35,299 bases of DNA from an uncultured Dehalococcoidia bacterium (lineage in GTDB: Bacteria > Chloroflexota > Dehalococcoidia > SM23-28-2): positions 1-35,299 of the forward strand of contig CAYGYF010000003.1 in the NCBI GenBank assembly GCA_964354065.1, read 5' to 3'. Shown piece after piece: positions 19,579-26,522 of the stretch (positions within the stretch are counted from its first letter, which is position 1; each line of letters opens with the position of its first letter). The position numbers and the translations under genes were made by a program. The notes below the pieces were generated by a model. The model saw nothing but the letters and a program-made list of their open reading frames with translations, was not told the origin of the DNA and did not search any database.

Positions 19579-19824
19579 AGTGCTGTCCCCCTCCCTCTCC
19601 TCGAATCTGGCCCACCTAGGAACGAGTAGGGAACGCTTTCGCAGCCGGTGCCGCCGAGTTCCTGGCGGACTTGCCGCCTGCCTTCCATCCACTCCGCCTA
19701 GGTCAGGCGCCTACCTACTCTGGACGCTGGTCGGCACCTCCTAGAACAGAAACGCGCCGCCTCTCGGAAGGGAAATCAAAGTCTCTGGGGTAGGCGTAAA
19801 CGTTCCGTGAAGATTGCGTGAATG

Positions 19825-21057
19825 CTAGCTGCCGCGTCCGGCTCGCCGCCGTCCTCGCCGCCAGCGCAGCCAGGCCCCCGGAAATCTGAGGCGAGTGCAA
19901 ATGAAGGTGGCCAGGGCGGGAGCAGCCCTGACAAGCTCGTAGAACAGACGAGAAGGAAAATCGATGTCCCCGTGGGTCAGGATCAGCTTGCGCAGCCGGT
20001 CGCCGCCCAACCTCACCAGGAGCTGCTCAAGCTGCCTGTTGTCCAGGCTGGCGAACAGCCGGTGCAGGTCGGCCCCCCGCTTCAGCTCATCCCCCAGGTC
20101 GGCCATGAACGCCTTGTGGTAGCGCGAGAGGAAAGCCCTGGAGAAGTCCTCACGTTTCAAGGCTTCCACCGCTGTCCCGGCAGCGTGCCCAGCCCCCACC
20201 AGCCCGGTGTAGATTCCCCCACCGGATGTTGGCTTCACCTGCCGCGCTGCATCGCCCACCAGCAGGACGTTCTCACCATACGGCCTGGTGGGAGCCCACA
20301 ACGGGATGTCCCCTGCGGCGAAGCCCAGAAGCTCGGCATTGCCGAAGTATTCGGGAAACCTACCATACAGACACCGCAGCGAATCGATAGGCTTGACACC
20401 GTTGGTTGTTCCCGTTCCCACCCTCACCCGACCATCCCCGAGCGGTATGGCCCAGGCGAACCAGCCCGGCGCCAGGCTCTGGTCGACAAAGGCTACCACC
20501 TGGTCCTTGAGCATTCCTGGCGCTCTCATCTCTGCCCCGAGGCCCAGGACCATGCCGTCTGGCCTGTGTACTCCCAGTTGCTTGGCCACCCTCGACAGAG
20601 CGCCGTCCGCCCCGACAAGCAGCTTCGCCAAAAACGAAGCCCGCCGACCTCCCCTTTCCGCGTGAAGCCGCACCAGCCCGTTTTCCCGCTCCAATGCCAG
20701 GAACCTAGCGCCAAGCAGAAGCTCCGCCCCCGCCTCCTGGGCCTGAACAGCCATCGTCTCGTCCAGGCGAACGCGGTCGATGGCCAGGGCGTATACCCTA
20801 TCGCCCCCAATCGACAGCTCCCTGCCCCCGGGGGAGTGGATCACCGCCCCTCGAATCTCGTTCCGGACAACGCCGTCGCCTACTCCCGCCAGCTCGAGGG
20901 TGCGAGCCGTCACCAGGCCCGAGCAGTGCAGCGGCCGCCCCACAGCGCCGTGCTCCTCCAGCAGCAGCACCCTGAAGCCTTGGCTGGCGATGTCCCTAGC
21001 CATGGCCGACCCGGCCGGTCCAGCCCCTACGACCACGGTGTCATAGCATCGTTTCAC
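19825..21057 (-). CDS. geranylgeranyl reductase family FAD-dependent oxidoreductase (DGGGPL reductase-like)
   Basis: DTVVVGAGPAGS, HCSGLV, IDRVRLD, VGADG, APGWFAWAIP, LLVGDAARQVKPTSGGGIY. GGAGGT RBS. Confidence 0.88.
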   Translation of the reverse strand: MKRCYDTVVVGAGPAGSAMARDIASQGFRVLLLEEHGAVGRPLHCSGLVTARTLELAGVGDGVVRNEIRGAVIHSPGGRELSIGGDRVYALAIDRVRLDETMAVQAQEAGAELLLGARFLALERENGLVRLHAERGGRRASFLAKLLVGADGALSRVAKQLGVHRPDGMVLGLGAEMRAPGMLKDQVVAFVDQSLAPGWFAWAIPLGDGRVRVGTGTTNGVKPIDSLRCLYGRFPEYFGNAELLGFAAGDIPLWAPTRPYGENVLLVGDAARQVKPTSGGGIYTGLVGAGHAAGTAVEALKREDFSRAFLSRYHKAFMADLGDELKRGADLHRLFASLDNRQLEQLLVRLGGDRLRKLILTHGDIDFPSRLFYELVRAAPALATFICTRLRFPGAWLRWRRGRRRAGRGS

Positions 21058-21173
21058 GCCTGACCTCCTGGCTCCATGCCCAGGCCACCTGCGCTAGCGG
21101 GCGAGGCCGCTCTCGATGGCGCCGCCAGCACCTGGCCGCCGATTGAGGACACCCGTTGCGGACTTGAGATTGC

Positions 21174-22436
21174 CTACGGGGACGCACCGGGAATTGCCAC
21201 CTCCTGCCCAGCATAGATCGCGCTTGGATCACCGATCCCGTTGGCCTCCATTATCACCGCCGGGCTGACGCCGAAGGCGGCGGCGATGGTGGCCAGGGTA
21301 TCGCCCGCCTGCGCTACATAGGTGGTACCCGGAATTGCCAGCTCTTGGCCGGCCATAATGGGCCCAGGCTCGGGCATGCCGTTGACGGCAGCAATGGCCT
21401 CCGGGCTGAGGCCGAACCGCTCGCCGATCTCGGTCAGTGTCGAGCCGGGCTCGACCACGTAGACCAGCCCGCCAGGGCCCGCCCTCAAGGGAGGAGGAGC
21501 GAGCGGAGGCGTCGCCGTAGGGTGGGGAGTGGCCACGGCCTCGCCCTGCGGCGGGCCTTCGCCAACCGCAGCCGGCGAAGGAGCGCTCTCCACGTCAAGC
21601 CACAGGTGGACATTCCTGTAGACCCCGTTCGCACCGTCTTTGTAGAGCCCAAAGTCCACCTTTTGGCTCTTGCCTACCCGGTTGGGAACCAAGGTCACCG
21701 TCTTTTCCCATCGTTGGCCCGGGCCAAGCGTCAAGCCATCCATGCTGTCAACGCTCCGCCCGTCAATCGTTGCCTCCAGCCGATAGGCAGCACTCTGCCC
21801 CTCATAATTCACAATACCCAGAGTCACCGTCAGGCCCTGCCCCAGCTCAAGGGTCGCCGGATAGCCATCGGCCCTGTCCCCTGGCCCCAGCACATAGAAC
21901 TCGGTAAACCTTTCCGGGCTGCCCCGCGACATCCCCACGAAGTAGGCCGCGACGCCCATCCCCGCCATAGAGATTACCACAATCAGAGCCAGAGCCGCGC
22001 TAGCCCAGCCAATTCGAGGCCAGGGAGGCAACGAAGGCCTCGCAGCCACCACCAAGCCCTCTTCCGGCAGCAGGGTCTGCCTCCTGTAGGCGGCGGCAGC
22101 AGCGCCCGCCACAACGAACAAGGCCAGCGAGCCCAGAACCGGATCAAGGCGTACGCCCCAGGGCGAGTAGTTGAGGGCCAGCCCCACGAACGGAACCACG
22201 GCCAAACTCAAGCCGAAGCTCAACCCTACCCGCTCGATAGCCTCGAGATCGCTCCAGCGGGGATAGAGGGCCGCCATCAGGACGTAGCCCGGCAGGAACA
22301 GAACAAACGGCAGGCCGAGGACGACGCGCACCGGCCCGAGGGAGGGAACCAGGAGAACTACCGCTGTGGTGAGCACAGCCCAGGCCGCCGCCAGAACAAG
22401 GTCGATGTTCCTAGCAAGGATGAGGCGGGTGTTCAT
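21174..22436 (-). CDS. DUF1616-like membrane protein fused to a Pro-rich linker and two C-terminal LysM domains
   Basis: RVVLGLPFVLFLPGY..MAALYP, IERVGLSFGLSLAVVP, LNYSPWG, ERFTEFYVLG...ADGYP, LGIVNYEG, HLWLDV; then YVVEPGSTLTEIG...NG and YVAQAGDTLATIA...NGI. RBS GGGAGG. Confidence 0.8.
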   Translation of the reverse strand: MNTRLILARNIDLVLAAAWAVLTTAVVLLVPSLGPVRVVLGLPFVLFLPGYVLMAALYPRWSDLEAIERVGLSFGLSLAVVPFVGLALNYSPWGVRLDPVLGSLALFVVAGAAAAAYRRQTLLPEEGLVVAARPSLPPWPRIGWASAALALIVVISMAGMGVAAYFVGMSRGSPERFTEFYVLGPGDRADGYPATLELGQGLTVTLGIVNYEGQSAAYRLEATIDGRSVDSMDGLTLGPGQRWEKTVTLVPNRVGKSQKVDFGLYKDGANGVYRNVHLWLDVESAPSPAAVGEGPPQGEAVATPHPTATPPLAPPPLRAGPGGLVYVVEPGSTLTEIGERFGLSPEAIAAVNGMPEPGPIMAGQELAIPGTTYVAQAGDTLATIAAAFGVSPAVIMEANGIGDPSAIYAGQEVAIPGASP

Positions 22437-22458
22437 CTCCCCTCCCTAGAGAGCGATC

Positions 22459-22487
22459 GTGCAAAATTCGCCGGGTTGTTCTACAAT
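22459..22487 (+). promoter_or_regulatory. putative sigma70-type promoter for the CPBP-LysM gene
   Basis: GTGCAA-17 nt-TACAAT; the -35 is weak. Confidence 0.4.
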
Positions 22488-22547
22488 GTGGGCCAACAAC
22501 CTAGAGTCCCCCAGGGGTAGCTCTTTCCAGACGTCGACGTCGTGCAG

Positions 22548-22570
22548 ACCTGCCTGCCGGCAGGGCAGGT
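22548..22570. repeat. short GC-rich imperfect palindrome (REP-like)
   Basis: ACCTGCCTGCCGGCAGGGCAGGT, self-complementary except for one extra G. Confidence 0.5.
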
Positions 22571-22617
22571 GGGGGCGGCCTCCACGGGAAAGACCGACCC
22601 GCCCGGCGAGGCAACCG

Positions 22618-24099
22618 ATGCTTGGAAGAAGGCTTGCACCCCGCAGATTCCTTCTACTGACGCTTGTAGTGGGATCCCTGGCCCTTATGCGCAGCGCCCT
22701 GCCTGTGGCCAGGCAGGGTCGCCACCAAGCCAGCGCCGCTGTCGCTGCCCATCCGCTCTCCGTCTCTATCACCCTGGCCGCTCGCCTCCAGACGCTGCCC
22801 TGGGGAACCATCCTCGCCTTCCTATACCTGATTCTCATCACTCTGGCCGAACTTCTCACCGTCGTGGCCAACGCCCGCTGGGGTCTGGCCTTGCACATCG
22901 CCGTGCTGACGGCCCTCCTTGTCCACTCCTCCCTCACAATGGGCCAGCCCTCCCACAAACTACTGCTGGCCCTGGCTCTGGCTCCCCTCATCCGCATTCT
23001 CAGCCTGTCCATGCCCCTGGAGAACGTCGACCTCATCTACTGGTATGCCCTTGTCGGCGCGCCTCTCATGGTCGCGGCCTTCGTCGTAGCGCGAACCCTG
23101 GATCTGACCTGGCAGGACATTGGCCTCACCCTTCGCTCCCTCCGTCTCCAGGCGCTGGTGGCAGCGACGGGCCTTGTCTTCGGCTTCGCCGAGTACTTCA
23201 TCCTTAGACCTGAACCGCTCATCGACGGGCTGAGCTTGGGGGGCGTCTGGCTCCCCGCCCTCATCCTTCTCATCGGTACCGGTTTCAACGAGGAACTGGT
23301 GTTTCGCGGCGTCATGCAGTCGGCCTCCAGCGCGGCCCTGGGGAAGCCTGCCATCCTTTACGTAACGGTAGTGTTCGCCGTCCTCCACTTGGGGTACAAG
23401 TCAGTCGTTGACGTGGCCTTCGTCTTCGCCGTCGGGCTCTTCTTCGCCTGGACCGTCGCCAAGACCCGATCTCTCCTGGGGGTCACCCTATCCCACGGCA
23501 TAACTAACATCGCACTATATCTCGTGGTGCCCTTCCTGGGCATCGCCGCCGTCAGCGCGCCCAGTATTAGCGTGCAGAATGTGCAGGAATTCACCCCTGA
23601 CTTTTCACAAGAAGTCCAGCATCTCCGGTCCCTCATCCCGCCACCTCAGATACAGCCGCTCCCATCCGCCACTGCGACCGCCACCCCTACTTCCACCCCT
23701 GCTGCCACCCCTACCGCCACCCCTACCGCCACCCCTACTGCCACCCCCGCAGCACCCGAAGAGCCAGTCCAGCCCACCCCAACGGCGGTCTACACCGTAC
23801 AGCCCGCCGACACCCTGGCCTCCATCGCCCGCGCCCATGACACCACGGTCGACGAACTCCTGCGCCTGAACGACCTGCCGGAGCCCAATCTCCTCCAAGC
23901 CGGGCAGACTATCGTCCTGCCTCCGAGCCCTGCTGGGGCAGCCGCCACGACCGTGCATACAGTAGCGGCGGGCGAAACGCTCGCCCTCATCGCCGCAAAG
24001 TACCAGACGACCGTCGAAACGCTCCTGGAGCTGAACCACCTGGCCGACCCCAACGTCATCCCCGTTGGAGAGCCCCTCATCGTCCCCAGACCTCCCTAG
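22618..24099 (+). CDS. CPBP family (Abi/type II CAAX) intramembrane glutamic protease fused to a Pro/Thr/Ala linker and two C-terminal LysM domains
   Basis: Intact motifs GFNEELVFRG (EExxxR), FAVLH (FxxxH), HGITN (HxxxN). LysMs YTVQPADTLASIA...LN and HTVAAGETLALIA...LN. Start placed at ATG 22618 (GAGG upstream); ORF track opens at 22459. Confidence 0.85.
   Translation: MLGRRLAPRRFLLLTLVVGSLALMRSALPVARQGRHQASAAVAAHPLSVSITLAARLQTLPWGTILAFLYLILITLAELLTVVANARWGLALHIAVLTALLVHSSLTMGQPSHKLLLALALAPLIRILSLSMPLENVDLIYWYALVGAPLMVAAFVVARTLDLTWQDIGLTLRSLRLQALVAATGLVFGFAEYFILRPEPLIDGLSLGGVWLPALILLIGTGFNEELVFRGVMQSASSAALGKPAILYVTVVFAVLHLGYKSVVDVAFVFAVGLFFAWTVAKTRSLLGVTLSHGITNIALYLVVPFLGIAAVSAPSISVQNVQEFTPDFSQEVQHLRSLIPPPQIQPLPSATATATPTSTPAATPTATPTATPTATPAAPEEPVQPTPTAVYTVQPADTLASIARAHDTTVDELLRLNDLPEPNLLQAGQTIVLPPSPAGAAATTVHTVAAGETLALIAAKYQTTVETLLELNHLADPNVIPVGEPLIVPRPP
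23680..23751 (+). repeat. 6 x 12-nt imperfect tandem repeat (GCCACCCCTACC) encoding the ATPT/STPA linker
   Basis: gccacccctact tccacccctgct gccacccctacc gccacccctacc gccacccctact gccacccccgca. Confidence 0.9.
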
Positions 24100-24131
24100 G
24101 CAGCCCTTCTGCCCGCCCAGAGCAGTACCCC

Positions 24132-24168
24132 AAAAAGGAACTGGCCCCCTGTTGAGGGAGCCAGTCCC
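24132..24168 (-). terminator. intrinsic terminator of the 79-aa protein gene
   Basis: Minus strand GGGACTGGCTCCCT-CAAC-AGGGGGCCAGTTCC (14-bp stem, two G-U) followed by TTTTT, 28 nt after the stop at 24197. Confidence 0.85.
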
Positions 24169-24196
24169 CAATCGGGTCGCAGACGCGTCAAACGCG

Positions 24197-24436
24197 CTAC
24201 AACACTTCCACGACCTTCGCCGTCACAATGGCGGCGAAGACGAGAAGCAAGGGGATGATCCCAACGTTGAGAGCACGACCCAGTGCCCGAAGCCGGGGGC
24301 GACCATCGGCGCCAGTCAGCTCCTTGGCTATGAGGAACGCAACCAGCGTCAACACAGCCATGAGCCCCAGTGACGCCGCTATCCCTACGGCGGTGGTGAT
24401 TGTAGACACGGTTGTCGTCGTCACGGTGGAAATCAT
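24197..24436 (-). CDS. 79-aa small membrane protein: Thr/Ser-rich N-terminus and two hydrophobic helices joined by a basic loop; function unknown
   Basis: MISTVTTTTVSTITTAVGIAASLGLMAVLTLVAFLIAKEL...RALNVGIIPLLLVFAAIVTAKVVEVL. RBS AAAGGAAGGTGA, own promoter and own terminator. Confidence 0.85.
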   Translation of the reverse strand: MISTVTTTTVSTITTAVGIAASLGLMAVLTLVAFLIAKELTGADGRPRLRALGRALNVGIIPLLLVFAAIVTAKVVEVL

Positions 24437-24478
24437 ATGACTCTCACCTTCCTTTCACGACGACCCCGATTCCCCGCA

Positions 24479-24507
24479 AACTTAGCATAGACCAAAAGAT
24501 TTGTCAA
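24479..24507 (-). promoter_or_regulatory. near-consensus sigma70 promoter for the 79-aa gene
   Basis: Minus strand TTGACA-17 nt-TAAGTT with extended -10 TGn. Confidence 0.75.
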
Positions 24508-24520
24508 TCACACCGAAAGC

Positions 24521-25162
24521 CTATCCCCGTCCCAGCAGCCCGCTGAGGATGTCGGCGCTGAAGCCGCCGGCGGCCGCCATGTAGGTGTCCTTGAGGATCT
24601 TTCCCGCCAGGACAGCCAGGAAGAATCGCCCCAGGGGCATGCGAACGGCCCCGGCGGCCGCTCCGCCAATGTCGAAGAAGGGGTTGGGCAGCACGGACAT
24701 GACGAACATGGTGATGACGCCGTGGCGCTCCATCCAGCGCCGAAGCCACTGGTATTCGGGGCGCTCCTGGATGATGATCCGTCCGCCGTAGCCGGCCGCG
24801 TAGCCGGTGAATTCGCCCAGCGCCTCGGCCAACCCGGCCACCACTCCCACCAGGATGAAGGTCGGTATGCCCAGGTAGGAGTTGAGGATGGCGCCACCGC
24901 CGACGGTGGAGACAGCGGCAGGCATAGGCAGGATCATGGAGGCGGCGCCGATGAGGTTGATGGCGAAGACCCCGATGTAGCCGTAGTCCTTGAGGCGACT
25001 CACCTCCACCTGGAAGTAGAAAAAGGCGAAGGCGAAGGCGGTGATCAGGACGACGACGGAGATGAGGAGGGAGTACTCCAGGCGCCAGGCGACCCAGCGC
25101 CTGCGATTCGTCACCGTGCCCTTCTCATCGGGAGGGCTCATGCTTCGGACGCTTCCCCCCAT
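24521..25162 (-). CDS. DedA superfamily/VTT-domain (SNARE-associated Golgi-like) membrane protein
   Basis: YGYIGVF..NLIG..SMILPMP, ALGEFTGYAAGYGGR, LPNPFFDIGG..AG..RM...RFF....AGK..K. Start ATG 25162 or 25141; the ORF-track start 25234 lies inside the riboswitch terminator. Confidence 0.85.
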   Translation of the reverse strand: MGGSVRSMSPPDEKGTVTNRRRWVAWRLEYSLLISVVVLITAFAFAFFYFQVEVSRLKDYGYIGVFAINLIGAASMILPMPAAVSTVGGGAILNSYLGIPTFILVGVVAGLAEALGEFTGYAAGYGGRIIIQERPEYQWLRRWMERHGVITMFVMSVLPNPFFDIGGAAAGAVRMPLGRFFLAVLAGKILKDTYMAAAGGFSADILSGLLGRG

Positions 25163-25214
25163 TGATTGCTCGCCTTCCGCCGCCCAGCCCTTAGCCGCCA
25201 TCTGGCCCAATACG

Positions 25215-25245
25215 AACGAAAGGACGGGAGGCAAGCCTCTCGTCC
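25215..25245 (-). terminator. terminator hairpin, probable expression platform of the riboswitch
   Basis: Minus strand GGACGAGAGG-CTTG-CCTCCCGTCC followed by TTTCGTT. Confidence 0.65.
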
Positions 25246-25257
25246 CTTGTGTGCTAG

Positions 25258-25412
25258 CCTCTCCTTCGTATGCCTACGGGGTTAGCTGACGGGTTCGGCT
25301 TGAAGGAGCTAGCCTACTCCCCGGTATGTCGGGAAGATTCACCCCAGTGCCCCGGTCGGGATCGGGGCGGTTGGTTCCCCCGCGTCGCCAGCGGCGACTT
25401 CGGCAGCGTATT
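25258..25412 (-). ncRNA. c-di-AMP riboswitch (ydaO/yuaA leader)
   Basis: Minus strand carries the hallmark blocks in order: GGGGGAACCA (25381-25372), TGGGGTGAATC (25346-25336), GTAGG, CCGAACCCGTCAGCTAACCCCGTAGGC (25298-25272), GAAGGAGAGG. Boundaries approximate. Confidence 0.9.
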
Positions 25413-25427
25413 CGATTGGTCTGCTCC

Positions 25428-25456
25428 AATTTAGCAGAGGCTAAGATTGGTGTCAA
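25428..25456 (-). promoter_or_regulatory. near-consensus sigma70 promoter driving the riboswitch-dedA transcript
   Basis: Minus strand TTGACA-17 nt-TAAATT with extended -10 TGn, directly after the USP stop codon. Confidence 0.75.
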
Positions 25457-26374
25457 TCACTGTCTGGGGCGGGAGCGTATGATCAGGACCGGCTCCCCCG
25501 TATGTCTCACCACCTCGTTGGCCACGCTGCCCAGGATCCAGCGCCGGAAGCCGGAGCGGCCGTGGCTGGTCATCGCCACCAAACAGTCGGGGGTCTGGCG
25601 AGCGAACTCGATGATCCGGGGGCCCGGCGGGCCGCGCAGAACTTCCCACTGGACCGATAGGCCCTTGCGCTCCAGCTCCCTGGCCAGGCCCTTCAGGTAG
25701 CCCGAAGCTACCACGTCGAGCCTCTGTAGAACGTCGGCGGGCACCGCCCAGGTGACCGGTGCCATGGGGCTGAACTGAACGGTCGTCTCAATGCCGATCA
25801 CCTGGATGAGGGTCACCTCCAGGTTGAGCACCTTGCCCAGCTCCTCGGCGAAGGGGAGAGCCCATTCGGCGGGGGGCGAGCCGTCCAGGGGAACCACGAT
25901 CTTCGACAGGCGGGCGGTGGCCTCGCCGCCGGCGATTTCGTCGGGGGGCCTGACCAGGAGGAGAGACCGGTGGCTGGCCCGCAGGAGCCTGTCCACCACG
26001 CTCCCTACCACCCAGCGGGTCAGCCCCGAGCGGCTATGGATGGACATGGCGATGAGGTCAACGTCCTCCTGCTCGGCGAATCTCATGACCTCCCGGGTTG
26101 CCTTTCCCTTAACCACCTGCGTATCCACATCCAGCCCCTCCCTGCGCAGCTCAGCGGCCACACCCTCCAGGTAGTTCTCGGCCAGGGGGCGGATGCGCTC
26201 CATGGCTTCATCGGCGTATGGCTCCTGTTCGGGGGATTCTTGGTCGAGGAGGGCTTCGGCTGCGTGGAAGAGGATCACCCGGCTCTGAAAGCCCCTGGCC
26301 AGCAGCATAACGTAGGGCAGGATGCCCTGGGCCAGAGGCGAGCCGTCTAGAGGAACCAGTATCTTCTCAAACAT
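25457..26374 (-). CDS. universal stress protein, tandem UspA domains
   Basis: Two domains: KILVPLDGS...DLIAMSIHSRSGL..W..GSV and KIVVPLDGS...VAMTSHGRSG...GSVA. Start ATG 26374 (GGAG upstream) or 26380. Confidence 0.92.
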   Translation of the reverse strand: MFEKILVPLDGSPLAQGILPYVMLLARGFQSRVILFHAAEALLDQESPEQEPYADEAMERIRPLAENYLEGVAAELRREGLDVDTQVVKGKATREVMRFAEQEDVDLIAMSIHSRSGLTRWVVGSVVDRLLRASHRSLLLVRPPDEIAGGEATARLSKIVVPLDGSPPAEWALPFAEELGKVLNLEVTLIQVIGIETTVQFSPMAPVTWAVPADVLQRLDVVASGYLKGLARELERKGLSVQWEVLRGPPGPRIIEFARQTPDCLVAMTSHGRSGFRRWILGSVANEVVRHTGEPVLIIRSRPRQ

Positions 26375-26407
26375 CTCCATCCCCGCTGCTAAAGGTGGTG
26401 ACGCTCT

Positions 26408-26436
26408 ATAGTAACAATCGGCGAGGCTGTCGGCAA
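26408..26436 (-). promoter_or_regulatory. putative promoter for the USP gene
   Basis: Minus strand TTGCCG-17 nt-TACTAT with extended -10 TGn. Confidence 0.5.
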
Positions 26437-26454
26437 GCCTGTGGGAGCACGTAG

Positions 26455-26484
26455 TTGGCATGTCTGACGGCAATTCAGTATGAT
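26455..26484 (+). promoter_or_regulatory. putative promoter for the radical SAM gene
   Basis: TTGGCA-18 nt-TATGAT; AAGGAGG RBS at 26511-26517. Confidence 0.5.
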
Positions 26485-26522
26485 GAAAGTTCGAAGGCCC
26501 GTCGCCCACTAAGGAGGCGAAT

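Noticed and set aside
19740-19800. Possible c-di-GMP-I riboswitch (GGAAGGGAAATCAAAGTCTCTGGG)
   Set aside because: Lacks the GGCAAAC and GACGCAAAG core, and lies on the strand opposite the flanking genes.
19465-19900. Short ORFs (61-75 aa) in the flippase-GGR gap as leader peptides
   Set aside because: No recognisable composition or convincing RBS; two of them run across the terminator hairpin.
19822-21063. 413-aa + strand ORF, and similar long antisense ORFs (21345..22520, 28232..29317, 28953..30161, 30883..32310)
   Set aside because: Shadow or alternative-frame ORFs over well-supported genes in GC-rich DNA; no recognisable motifs.
23680-23751. Tandem repeat considered as a CRISPR array or contingency locus
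   Set aside because: In-frame 12-nt units without spacers that encode a Pro/Thr linker; no cas genes.
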